Source: Dehalococcoidia bacterium | GTDB lineage: Bacteria > Chloroflexota > Dehalococcoidia > Lucifugimonadales > UBA3495 | Reading direction: 5' to 3' | Length of the DNA stretch: 64,000 nucleotides | Assembly: GCA_034423575.1 (NCBI GenBank) | Contig: DAOUIF010000013.1 | Coordinates: 2,367 to 66,366 of the forward strand | Part shown: positions 36,029 to 45,074 of the stretch, one piece after another | Numbering within the stretch: the stretch's first letter is position 1 | How the letters are laid out: the number at the start of each line of letters is the position of its first letter | The notes under the pieces: generated by a model | What the model saw: only the letters and a program-made list of their open reading frames with translations | What the model was told of the DNA's origin: nothing | The model's database searches: none | Position numbers and translations under genes: made by a program

Positions 36029-37444
36029 TCAACCAGTTGGTCCAGCAGTGGCATTACGGGCAGGTGCGCCTTGCATGTGTGCGTCAATGTGGCAGAGATC
36101 GCAAACCAGTTGGTGAGCATCGCCGCAGTGCTCTTCGTACTGCCAGCGGCGGCGGGCGCGCCACCGTCCGCAACGTTCGCACTCCTTGCCAAATGAAAAT
36201 CCGCAGACTCGGCAATTGTGACTGGCAGCCGGTGACGCCGCTTCGCACCACGGTATCGGACACCACCGTACCGGCGCCTCGCCGGACTTCTGCGCACCGC
36301 GCGGTTCCAGCGACCATTCGCGGTAGTCCTCGGGCAGGCCGTGGGTTACGGAGTTGGCGGCCAGGTCCAGGATGAGGCAATCGCCGCCGTCGCACTTGGG
36401 GCGCAGGCCCCGGCCCACCATTTGCAGATAGAGGGCCAGGCGCATGGTGGGCCGGGCGATGATGACGCAGGAAGCGTCGGGCAGGTCGAACCCCTCGGTG
36501 GCAACGATCACGTTGACCAGCACCTTGATGCCCCCGTCCCGGAAACCGGCGATGGTCCGGTCCCGTTCCTCACGGTTGGTGTCGCCGAGGATTACCGCCG
36601 CCGGGACGCCGGCCTCGTTGAACACTGCTGCTAAATTGTGCGCGTGGTCAACGGACACGGCGTAGGCTATAGTCTGCCGTTGATTGTTCGGGGGCTCGGC
36701 GGCGTGCTTCTGCCAGAATTGCAGCGCGCCGGCGGTCATGATGTCAGGGCGGTCGCGATTGGCCCGCTCGATGCCGGCCTCGGAGTAATCGCCGGTGCGG
36801 TCAACGGCGCCGCCGGCGATGCGCTGCTCCGGAGGCGGGATGAACACCTGCGCATCGCATAAGGCTGGCTTCTCCAACGCCTGCAAGTCAGCGGTTTGCG
36901 GGCCGCAGAGCAGATCGTCAAAAAGATGGTCGAACCCTTCCTGTTCCGACAGCCTCCAGGGAGTGGCGGTCATGCCGACGATGGGGCCAGGCCATTGCTG
37001 CATCGCCCGTTCCCAGCCGGCCGCGGCGGCGTGGTGGGCCTCGTCGATTACCAGCAGGTCGTTGGCGCCGTAGCGGTTCCAGATTTCCCGGCGGGCGTTG
37101 CGCCGGCCCACGGTCTGGGCCATGAGGATGACGGCGCCGCCCGCCATGGCCGGGGCGTCCTCGCCGGGCGTCCAGTTGACGTTGGTGATGGCCGAAACTC
37201 CGGCATCGGTGAGCATCCGCCGGGTCTGCTCGGCCAGTTCCTTGCGGTGGGTGAGCCAGACCGCCTTGCGACCGTCTTGCAGCCAATGGGCCAGCAGCGC
37301 GCCAGCGATCACGGTCTTGCCGCCGCCAGTGGGCAGCTGGAGCATCGTTCGGGCCTTGGGCGCGGCAGCCAGGCCGCCCTGCACCTCGCGCAGCAAGTCC
37401 GCTTGGTACTCGCGGAGTTCGATCATGCCGGTGGATTGTATCAT
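36029..37444 (-). CDS. SF2 DEAD/DEAH-box helicase with C-terminal zinc-ribbon region (RadD/YejH-like architecture)
   Basis: Motifs PTGGGKT (I), VIDEAHH (II), MTATP (III) and QMVGRGLR (VI). The C-terminus carries CPIPWC, CRVCG, CERCG and CDLCH. The start is ATG at 37444 or 37426. The track's extension to 37627 overlaps the upstream gene. Confidence 0.85.
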   Translation of the reverse strand: MIQSTGMIELREYQADLLREVQGGLAAAPKARTMLQLPTGGGKTVIAGALLAHWLQDGRKAVWLTHRKELAEQTRRMLTDAGVSAITNVNWTPGEDAPAMAGGAVILMAQTVGRRNARREIWNRYGANDLLVIDEAHHAAAAGWERAMQQWPGPIVGMTATPWRLSEQEGFDHLFDDLLCGPQTADLQALEKPALCDAQVFIPPPEQRIAGGAVDRTGDYSEAGIERANRDRPDIMTAGALQFWQKHAAEPPNNQRQTIAYAVSVDHAHNLAAVFNEAGVPAAVILGDTNREERDRTIAGFRDGGIKVLVNVIVATEGFDLPDASCVIIARPTMRLALYLQMVGRGLRPKCDGGDCLILDLAANSVTHGLPEDYREWSLEPRGAQKSGEAPVRWCPIPWCEAASPAASHNCRVCGFSFGKECERCGRWRARRRWQYEEHCGDAHQLVCDLCHIDAHMQGAPARNATAGPTG

Positions 37445-37520
37445 CGCGCCTGGCGGCCACGGCGCGAACCGGAGCACAGGCCCAGGGCACAGAGAAAGGC
37501 CCCTTCCGGGTAACCGACGG

Positions 37521-38858
37521 CTACACAGCCTGGCCCGGTCCGAGGCCGTTGACGTTTCGGCCCACTCCTGCGTACTGGAACCCCAGGCGCCGCATTTTTG
37601 CGCTGTCCAGGGCGTTGCGCCCGTCAAACACGAAACGCGGCGGGTTCATGCAGCGGGCGATATCCTGCCAGTTCGCGTCGACGAACTCCGGCCACTCCGT
37701 AACCAGCACGACGGCCTGCGCCTGATTGGCGGCCTCCAGCACGTTGTCCACCAGCCGAACCGACGGCGGAAGGTGCGGGCGCGCGGTGTCGATGGCCTCC
37801 GGATCATAGGCGCTGACGATGGCCCCGTCGTCGCATAGGGTGTTGATCATGTCCAGCGATGGCGCTTCCCGCACATCGTCGGTGTTGGGCTTGAAGGCCA
37901 GGCCCAAAACTCCAAGCCGCAGGCCGTCAATGGCTCCACCGAACCGCTCCCGCAGCGCGTAGACCGGAAGCAACCGCTGCCGGTTGTTGATGTTGATCAC
38001 CGACCGCAGCAGTTCCACGTTCGCCCCGCTGGTGAGGCCCACGTTGTCCAGCGCCCGCACGTCCTTGGGGAAGCAGGACCCGCCGTATCCGACGCCCGCG
38101 TAGATCCGCCCGCCCGTTCTCGGGTCCATGGCCATACCGTCGCTGACCGCGTCGATGGACGCTCCCACCCGCTCGCACAGCGAGGCGATCTCGTTGATGA
38201 ACGATATGCGGGTCGCGAGGAACGCATTGCTCGCGTACTTGATCATCTCCGCGCTGGTGATGTCGGTGATGATGTAGGGCACGTCAATGCCGGCGTGCAT
38301 CGCCTTCACGGCCTGGACGGACCCGGCGTCGCCGGCATCCGCGCCGATGACGATCCGGTCCGGGTGCCGCCAGTCGCGTATGGCCTGGCCCTCGCGGAGG
38401 AATTCGGGGTTCGATACGTAACGCAATCCGAACCCGGCACGCGCCGCGTCGCGCGTTTCCTGCTCGATTGCCCGCTGGCCGGTTCCCGGAGGAACCGTGC
38501 TTTTCATCACCACCACGGTGTCAGCTGGGTCCTGAGATCGAACCCAATTCAGGGCGGACCTCACCTGACTCAGGTCTGCCGCACCGCTGGCTGTCTGGGG
38601 CGTCCCGGTGGCGACCAGGGTCACTGCTCCCAAGGGCTCGGTGACCAGATCTCGATGTTCGAAGTGCAGGCGTCCCTCTTCCAACGACGAAGTGACCAAC
38701 TCCTGCAGGCCGGGCTCGTAAAAGGGTAGTGTCCCGGCGCGCAGCTGAGCAATTCGATCGCTGTCGATATCGACCCCCAGCACTCGGTGCCCAGCGTCAG
38801 CCAGGCAAGCCGCTGCCACCATCCCCACGTAGCCAAGTCCGATTACGGTTATATTCAA
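37521..38858 (-). CDS. UDP-glucose/GDP-mannose dehydrogenase family protein (probably UDP-glucose 6-dehydrogenase)
   Basis: MNITVIGLGYVGMVAAACLA..., GGSCFPKD catalytic-Cys motif, 445 aa. Confidence 0.85.
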   Translation of the reverse strand: MNITVIGLGYVGMVAAACLADAGHRVLGVDIDSDRIAQLRAGTLPFYEPGLQELVTSSLEEGRLHFEHRDLVTEPLGAVTLVATGTPQTASGAADLSQVRSALNWVRSQDPADTVVVMKSTVPPGTGQRAIEQETRDAARAGFGLRYVSNPEFLREGQAIRDWRHPDRIVIGADAGDAGSVQAVKAMHAGIDVPYIITDITSAEMIKYASNAFLATRISFINEIASLCERVGASIDAVSDGMAMDPRTGGRIYAGVGYGGSCFPKDVRALDNVGLTSGANVELLRSVININNRQRLLPVYALRERFGGAIDGLRLGVLGLAFKPNTDDVREAPSLDMINTLCDDGAIVSAYDPEAIDTARPHLPPSVRLVDNVLEAANQAQAVVLVTEWPEFVDANWQDIARCMNPPRFVFDGRNALDSAKMRRLGFQYAGVGRNVNGLGPGQAV

Positions 38859-39012
38859 GGCAGATAGCCTCCTTACGTATAAACGTCGAGGGTAGGCGGC
38901 TTCAACCGCCCATTGTCCGGTGGGGGCGATTCCAGAGTCAAGACTGTTCGCGGCCGCTAACGATCACGGGACAAAGCGCCTGGCCGCGAACCAACCTCAT
39001 GCGTACCCATTT

Positions 39013-39104
39013 TGTCATCGCGAGGAGCGAAGCGACGTGGCGATCTCGTTGCCTGAAGGTTGACCGCCATAGTAGCGAGATTGCCGCGCTTCGCTCGCAA
39101 TGAC
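39013..39104. repeat. family-A inverted-repeat element, copy 3 (opposite orientation)
   Basis: Its reverse complement reads GTCATTGCGAGCGAAGCGCGGCAATCTCG...CGAGATCGCCACGTCGCTTCGCTCCTCGCGATGACA. It lies in a divergent intergenic region. Confidence 0.85.
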
Positions 39105-39245
39105 TGTTCAGGTCAAACTGGATACGCGTGGGGCGAATCACCCGGTTGAATTCCCACCCGCCGGCCGGCATACTGGCGCCAACATTCAATCCGGCAACCG
39201 ACCCGGTGATATCGCGGATCGTTGCCACTCGGGGAGAGATGACCC

Positions 39246-40226
39246 ATGGCAACTTTGGTAACCGGTGGCGTCGGCTTCGTCGGGGCGAGCATAGTGAAAC
39301 AACTTGCCGCCCGCGGGCACGAGGTGGTGAGCTACGACGTTCTGGCCGCCGACGCGCTCATGACCCACTTCCTCGGCGACCTGGCCGAACGGGTCACCTT
39401 CATCAGCGGTGACATCCTGGACACGGCCGGCCTCGATGCTCTTCGCCGAGCGCATTCCATTGACAAGGTCGTTCACGCCGCCGTTTTCACCGTCAACCGC
39501 ACGGATCGGGAAACCGCGCGCAGCAAGGAAATTCTCGACATCAACCTCACCGGAACCGGCAACCTGCTGGAGCTGGCCCGGGAGATCGGCGTCCAACGGT
39601 TCGTCTACATCAGCTCCGGCGCCGCCTACGGCCTGTGCCGAGACCCGGACCAGACCTATAACGAGGACGATCATCCGCAGCCGGCTAATCTGTACGGCAT
39701 CACCAAGCTGGCCAGCGAGCAGCTAACCCAACGCTACGGCCAGCTCCACGGGTTCAGCACGGCCAGCCTGCGCGTCAGCACGCCCTATGGGCCCATGGAG
39801 CGCGTAACCGGCCATCGCGACAACATGTCCACGCCACAACAATGGACCGGCCAACTGCTGCGCGGCGAACCAATCATCCTGGACACCTCAGACTACGGTC
39901 GAGACTACACCTACGTCCTGGATACCGGTTCGGCCATCGCTGCTGTCGTGGACGCGCCCGAGCTACCGCATGACCTCTACAACATCACCAACGGCGTGTC
40001 CGTCACCGGCGCTCAGATCCAGCAAACCCTGGCCGAACTGTTTCCGGAGACCCAACTGGTGGAGGCCGAGCTAGCGGAACCGCCAGGCTCCTCCCTGGGA
40101 CCTACCCGGGGCCCGCTTTCCGGTTACCGGTTGTGGCACGACCTGGGCTGGACGCCTCAGTATGACCTCGCCGCCGGCCTGACGGATTATGTTCGCTGGC
40201 GCCGGGAATCGGAGTTCCTGGACTAG
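39246..40226 (+). CDS. NAD-dependent epimerase/dehydratase (extended SDR)
   Basis: MATLVTGGVGFVGASIV and YGITK (YxxxK). GGAGAG RBS. A possible TTGAAT-17-CATACT promoter lies at 39146-39174. Confidence 0.8.
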   Translation: MATLVTGGVGFVGASIVKQLAARGHEVVSYDVLAADALMTHFLGDLAERVTFISGDILDTAGLDALRRAHSIDKVVHAAVFTVNRTDRETARSKEILDINLTGTGNLLELAREIGVQRFVYISSGAAYGLCRDPDQTYNEDDHPQPANLYGITKLASEQLTQRYGQLHGFSTASLRVSTPYGPMERVTGHRDNMSTPQQWTGQLLRGEPIILDTSDYGRDYTYVLDTGSAIAAVVDAPELPHDLYNITNGVSVTGAQIQQTLAELFPETQLVEAELAEPPGSSLGPTRGPLSGYRLWHDLGWTPQYDLAAGLTDYVRWRRESEFLD

Positions 40227-40295
40227 TTCACGTACGACATCTCCACCCACACCGGGGCGATCCACGCTTTTCCCCTACCGCAAGGAGCAATCCCA

Positions 40296-41210
40296 ATGGC
40301 TCTGCCTCCCGACCGCATCGACTACCTGCCCATCGTCGACCGGCCCATCATCAAGTGGCCCAACGACGCCAGGGTGGCTCTCTGGATCTCGCCCAACATC
40401 GAGCACTACGAGTACACACCGATCAACGAGGGCGTGCGCGACCCTTGGCCTCGCGTGCCGTACCCTGATGTGCAGCAGTTCGCCTACCGCGATTACGGCA
40501 ACCGCGTCGGTTTCTGGCGCATGCTGGAGCCGCTGGACAAGCACAACATCAAGTGCTGCATCTCGCTAAACATGGCGGTGCTGGAACACTTTCCGGAGAT
40601 CGCCGAGGCAATGGTCGAGCGCGACTACGACTACATGAGCCACGGCATCTATAACACCCGATACCTCTACACGTACACCGAGGACGAGGAGCGGGAGTTC
40701 TACCGGGACACCATCGAGACACTGAAGCTCCACACCGGCAAGCAACTCAAGGGGATGCTGGGCCCGGCCATCTCCGGCAGCGTGAGCACTCCTGACCTGA
40801 TGGCCGAAGCCGGCCTGATCTACCACACCGATTGGTTCCACGACGACCAGCCCACACCCATCAAGGTGCACAACGGCGGCAAACTGGTCTCGGTCCCCTA
40901 CTCCATCGAGCTGAACGACTCTTCGGTACTGCGGGACAATCATTACACCGCCGAATACTTCTCGGACATCTGCAAAGCCCAGTTCGACCGGCTGTACGAG
41001 GAAGGCGCCGAGAGCGGCCGGGTCATGTGCATCGCGCTGCACCCGTTCCTGATCGGCCAGCCGCACCGCATCAAGTACCTTGAGGACATCCTCGATCACA
41101 TCATGGCCCACGACGGCGTGTGGCAGACCACCGCCGACGAGATCGCCGAGTATTACATCGCCAACTACTACGACCAGGCCATGGAACACGCGCAGAAATT
41201 TGCCCAGTAG
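40296..41210 (+). CDS. polysaccharide deacetylase (NodB-fold, PuuE-like) family protein
   Basis: 304 aa. RPIIKWPNDARVALWISPNIEHYE..., HG...; paralogous to the next gene. Confidence 0.7.
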   Translation: MALPPDRIDYLPIVDRPIIKWPNDARVALWISPNIEHYEYTPINEGVRDPWPRVPYPDVQQFAYRDYGNRVGFWRMLEPLDKHNIKCCISLNMAVLEHFPEIAEAMVERDYDYMSHGIYNTRYLYTYTEDEEREFYRDTIETLKLHTGKQLKGMLGPAISGSVSTPDLMAEAGLIYHTDWFHDDQPTPIKVHNGGKLVSVPYSIELNDSSVLRDNHYTAEYFSDICKAQFDRLYEEGAESGRVMCIALHPFLIGQPHRIKYLEDILDHIMAHDGVWQTTADEIAEYYIANYYDQAMEHAQKFAQ

Positions 41211-41254
41211 CCGACGGCTCAACCCATCGCGGCACCAAAAGGAGCACGCCCAAC

Positions 41255-42166
41255 ATGCCCGCCCAACGTACCTTCGGCATGGACCACCCGCACCACGAGT
41301 GGTCGCCCATCATCAGCCGGCCGGCCCTGCGCTGGCCCAACGACGCTCGCGTCGCCCTGTGCGTCATCCTGGTTCTGGAGCACATGGAGTGGCAGGCGCC
41401 GGAGGGGAGCTTCCAGGTAGCCGGCCTGGCCGGCGGCTCCGCTCCCCGGGCGTTCCCGGACTACGCTCGCGTCTCCCATCGGGAATACGGCCATCGCGTC
41501 GGCATCTTCCGCCTGCTGGACACGCTGGAGAAGCACGGCATTACGGCGACCATCGCCATGGACGCGATCACGGCCGAAAACTACCCGTTCCTCGTGCAGC
41601 ACTGCCTAGACCGAGGCTGCGAGATCATCGGCCACGGGGTGTCCGTCAGCCGCATGATCACCAGCAACATGCCCGAGGACGAGGAGCGCGACTACATCCG
41701 TTCATCCATCGACGCGCTGACCCGTGCCACGGGCAAGGCGCCCCAGGGTTGGCTGGGCCCCGAATACGGCGAGTCGGAACGCACGCCCCAACTGCTGGCC
41801 CAGGCCGGACTGCGCTATGTCTGCGACTGGGCCAACGATGAGCAGCCCTACCCGATGACCACCGGGGACAATCCCTTCTTCGCACTACCGCTGATGTACG
41901 AATTGGACGACGTGGCCTCACTGGCCCAGCGCAAGGTCACGGTCACTGACTACCGGCGTAGGCTCATCGAGAGTTTCGACGTGCTGCGCGACGATGGCGC
42001 TACCCACGGTCGGCTGATGGCAATCAACTGGCATCCCTGGCTGGTGGGCCAGCCCTTCCGCGTCGGCGCGGTGGACGAGGCGCTGGCGCACATGATGGAA
42101 CAAGGCGGCGTCTGGGCGGCCACTGGCTCCGAAATCATCGACTGGTATCAGAGCCAAACCGATTGA
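41255..42166 (+). CDS. polysaccharide deacetylase (PuuE-like) family protein, tandem paralogue
   Basis: RPALRWPNDARVALCVILVLEHMEW... is collinear with the gene at 40296. AAAGGAG RBS before the ATG at 41255. Confidence 0.7.
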   Translation: MPAQRTFGMDHPHHEWSPIISRPALRWPNDARVALCVILVLEHMEWQAPEGSFQVAGLAGGSAPRAFPDYARVSHREYGHRVGIFRLLDTLEKHGITATIAMDAITAENYPFLVQHCLDRGCEIIGHGVSVSRMITSNMPEDEERDYIRSSIDALTRATGKAPQGWLGPEYGESERTPQLLAQAGLRYVCDWANDEQPYPMTTGDNPFFALPLMYELDDVASLAQRKVTVTDYRRRLIESFDVLRDDGATHGRLMAINWHPWLVGQPFRVGAVDEALAHMMEQGGVWAATGSEIIDWYQSQTD

Positions 42167-42216
42167 CGCCGTATGACTGCCATTTCCACGCAAAAATCTG
42201 CGGAGTTATAGCAAAG

Positions 42217-42265
42217 TTATCCCAAATTATCGTTTCTTGATAACTTGGGGTAATTTTAGTATAAA
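42217..42265 (+). promoter_or_regulatory. AT-rich promoter (TTGATA-17-TATAAA) overlapped by a 15-nt-arm imperfect palindrome
   Basis: TTGATA lies at 42237-42242 and TATAAA at 42260-42265. The ATG at 42274 is only 8 nt after the -10, implying a leaderless or near-leaderless mRNA. The palindrome is TTATCCCAAATTATC (42217-31) / GATAACTTGGGGTAA (42239-53), with 13/15 complementary. Confidence 0.45.
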
Positions 42266-42273
42266 CTGCCCGT

Positions 42274-43467
42274 ATGGACCCGATTCGCAATCCCTACGCC
42301 CCCGGAGCGGGCACACCGCCCCCAGAGCTGGCCGGCCGCGACGAGTTCCGCGAAGCAGCCCGCATCGCGCTGGAACGTACCAGGATCGGACGGCCCAGCA
42401 AGAGCCTTTTGATGGTTGGCCTGCGCGGCGTCGGCAAGACCGTCCTCTTGGACCGCATACGGGAGGACGCGGAGGCAAGGGGCATATACGCGCTGCGCGT
42501 GGAAGCGCCGGAGAACCGTTCCCTGCCCTCCATCCTGGCCCCACAATTGCGTACCGCGTTGTTAAAGCTCTCGAATCGAGAAGCCGCGAAACAACTGGCG
42601 CAACGAGCCCTCCGGGCGCTGGCCGGATTCGCCGGAGCCTTGAAAGTAAAGTACCAGGATATTGAGGTCGGCCTGGATTTTGAGCCCGAGCCAGGCTTGG
42701 CGGACAATGGTGACCTGGAGACCGACCTCCAGGCTTTGCTGGAAGTCGTTGGGGCCGCCGCAAAAGCCGAAACGACCTGCGTGACACTTTTCGTGGACGA
42801 ACTGCAATACGTGAAAGAGGACGAACTGGCTGCGCTGATAACGGCTCTGCACCGCACCGCGCAGCGACAACTGCCGGTAATCATGCTCGGATCCGGCCTG
42901 CCCCAGGTGAGGGGGAGCATGGGCCGGGCAAAGTCCTATGCTGAGCGCCTTTTCGAGTTTCCCGAAATCGGCGCATTGTCGCCCGACGACGCCCGGTGCG
43001 CCATTGCCAAACCCGCCCAAGCCGAAGGGGTCGCAATAGAGGACGATGCCCTCGACGACATCGTTGACCAGACTCGCTGCTATCCTTATTTCCTACAAGA
43101 GTGGGGCAAGCACGCCTGGGATGTTGCCGAGCGTTCTCCAATCACGGCCGCCGATGTTGCCATCGCATCACAACTGGCCACTGCCACCCTTGATGAGAGT
43201 TTCTTTCTGGTAAGGTTTGATCGGCTTACTCCCACGGAGAAAAGATATGTGCGCGCCATGGCCCAACTCGGCCCCGGCCCCCATCGCTCCGGCGACATTG
43301 CCAGCGAATCGAACCGCGCGGTCAGCTCCCTGGCCCCAGTTCGCAGTCAACTCATCGACAAGGGCATGATCTGGAGCCCCAGCCACGGTGACACCGCTTT
43401 CACCGTACCGATGTTCGACGAGTTCATGCTGCGCATCATGCCGGGTGACAACTGGCGGGCCGGCTGA
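42274..43467 (+). CDS. AAA+ ATPase (Arch_ATPase/AAA_16-like, ORC/Cdc6-type fold) with helical/wHTH-like C-terminus
   Basis: NPYAPGAGTPPPELAGRDEF lead-in, Walker A GLRGVGKT, Walker B LFVDELQY, 397 aa. Confidence 0.7.
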   Translation: MDPIRNPYAPGAGTPPPELAGRDEFREAARIALERTRIGRPSKSLLMVGLRGVGKTVLLDRIREDAEARGIYALRVEAPENRSLPSILAPQLRTALLKLSNREAAKQLAQRALRALAGFAGALKVKYQDIEVGLDFEPEPGLADNGDLETDLQALLEVVGAAAKAETTCVTLFVDELQYVKEDELAALITALHRTAQRQLPVIMLGSGLPQVRGSMGRAKSYAERLFEFPEIGALSPDDARCAIAKPAQAEGVAIEDDALDDIVDQTRCYPYFLQEWGKHAWDVAERSPITAADVAIASQLATATLDESFFLVRFDRLTPTEKRYVRAMAQLGPGPHRSGDIASESNRAVSSLAPVRSQLIDKGMIWSPSHGDTAFTVPMFDEFMLRIMPGDNWRAG

Positions 43468-43517
43468 ACCCGGCGTCCGCCGATTTCAGACATGCAAACC
43501 GATTTACGAGGTGAAAC

Positions 43518-45053
43518 ATGGCCTCCTCACTGATACGCGGCAAGCACATCATCACTCCGCAAAGTTCCGGGGGTGTAACCACCATCGACGATGGCGCTCT
43601 GTATCAGGAAGACGGCGTCATCAGAGACATTGGCCCCTATCAGGAACTGCGTCAGCGCTACCGGCCCGACGCCGAACTGGGCGGTCCCAACGTCGCCATC
43701 ATCCCTGGCCTGGCGAACACGCACCACCACGGCCGGGGCGTCACCACGCTGCAGATGGGCACCTGCGACGACCTTTTGGAAGTGTGGATCCTGGCCGGCT
43801 GGGGCCGCCGTCCCTACGACCACTACCTGATGACCCTGTACACCGCTCTCAACATGCTGGAGTCGGGGCAAACCACGGTCATGTACAACCACCCCCAGAC
43901 CGCCGCCGCGACCTTGAAAGAGGACGTGGACGCGGTGCTCCGCGGCTTCCTGGACGCCGGGATGCGGGTCGCTTTCTCGAGTTACCTGCGCAACCAGAAC
44001 CGGGTGGTCTACACCGGCGACAACGACTTCCTGGGCGGGTTGCCGGCGGACCTCGCCGACGACGTGGGCCGCTACCTGTCCGTTGCCCACATGAGCGACG
44101 ACGACTATTTTGATTTTTGCGACACCATGGTGGGCGAATATCACAACCATCCGTCGGGCAAGGTCCGGGTCCTGTTCAGCCCGGCCAACGTCCAGTGGAA
44201 CTCCGACGATTTCCTGGTGCGCTGCAAGGAGCAGGCGGCGCGGTACCAAACCGGCATCCACATGCACCTGGTGGAAAGCCCCTACCAGAAGGACTACGGC
44301 ATCCGCACCTGGGGCAAGACGCCGGTGGAGCACCTGCACGACCTGGAGTTCCTCGGTCCTGAGGTCTCCTTTGCCCACGCCGTCTGGCTCACCGAGCGGG
44401 ACATCGACCTGCTGGCGGACTCCGGCGCCACCGTGGCCCACAACGCCAGCTCCAACCTGCGCTTGAAGAACGGCATCGCGCCGGTGAACCCCATGCTGGC
44501 CCGCGGCGTCAACGTCGCCATGGGCACCGACAGCACCGCCATCAACGACGACGACGACTTTCTCCAGGAGATGCGGCTGGTCAGCAAGCTGCACCGCCAG
44601 CCCGGCTTGGAGCAACCGGCCATCACCATGGAACAGGTGCTGACCATGGCCAGCGTCAACGCCGCCGCGCCCACTGGATTCGGCGACGAAATCGGCGCGC
44701 TCGAGGTGGGCCGTCGCGCCGACATGGTGTTGGTGCGCCTGGATGCCCTGGAAGACCCCTACCTCGACGACAACACACCGCCGGTGGAGCTGGTGCTGGG
44801 CAGGGCCAAGACCAAGGACATTGCCGCGGTCATCGTCGACGGCGAGGTATTGCTGCAGGACGGCTCCCACACCCGCGCCAATAAGGCCGAAGTCGCCCGC
44901 GAACTGCGCGAGCAACTGGCGCGCCCTCTGGAACCCGAGACGCTGGCTACCCGGCGCATGGCGGCGCAACTGGCGCCCTACGTCGAGCAGTTCTACCGCA
45001 GCCGCCCGCCGGCCATGGGCGCGCCCCATTACGTGTACAACGGCAGGACGTGA
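43518..45053 (+). CDS. metal-dependent amidohydrolase (chlorohydrolase/deaminase-like)
   Basis: PGLANTHHHG (HxH), HMHLVES, ...AHAVWL... and GTDS motifs; GAGGTGA RBS. Confidence 0.85.
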   Translation: MASSLIRGKHIITPQSSGGVTTIDDGALYQEDGVIRDIGPYQELRQRYRPDAELGGPNVAIIPGLANTHHHGRGVTTLQMGTCDDLLEVWILAGWGRRPYDHYLMTLYTALNMLESGQTTVMYNHPQTAAATLKEDVDAVLRGFLDAGMRVAFSSYLRNQNRVVYTGDNDFLGGLPADLADDVGRYLSVAHMSDDDYFDFCDTMVGEYHNHPSGKVRVLFSPANVQWNSDDFLVRCKEQAARYQTGIHMHLVESPYQKDYGIRTWGKTPVEHLHDLEFLGPEVSFAHAVWLTERDIDLLADSGATVAHNASSNLRLKNGIAPVNPMLARGVNVAMGTDSTAINDDDDFLQEMRLVSKLHRQPGLEQPAITMEQVLTMASVNAAAPTGFGDEIGALEVGRRADMVLVRLDALEDPYLDDNTPPVELVLGRAKTKDIAAVIVDGEVLLQDGSHTRANKAEVARELREQLARPLEPETLATRRMAAQLAPYVEQFYRSRPPAMGAPHYVYNGRT

Positions 45054-45074
45054 TCGCCGCAAACGGAGAGCTGA

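Noticed and set aside
36029-37627. N-terminal extensions in the ORF track, for example helicase to 37627, LLM to 28010, Gfo/Idh/MocA to 11757 and LigB-like to 47750
   Set aside because: The extensions overlap the preceding gene or lack coding character. In each case an internal ATG with a good Shine-Dalgarno sequence coincides with the start of family-conserved sequence.
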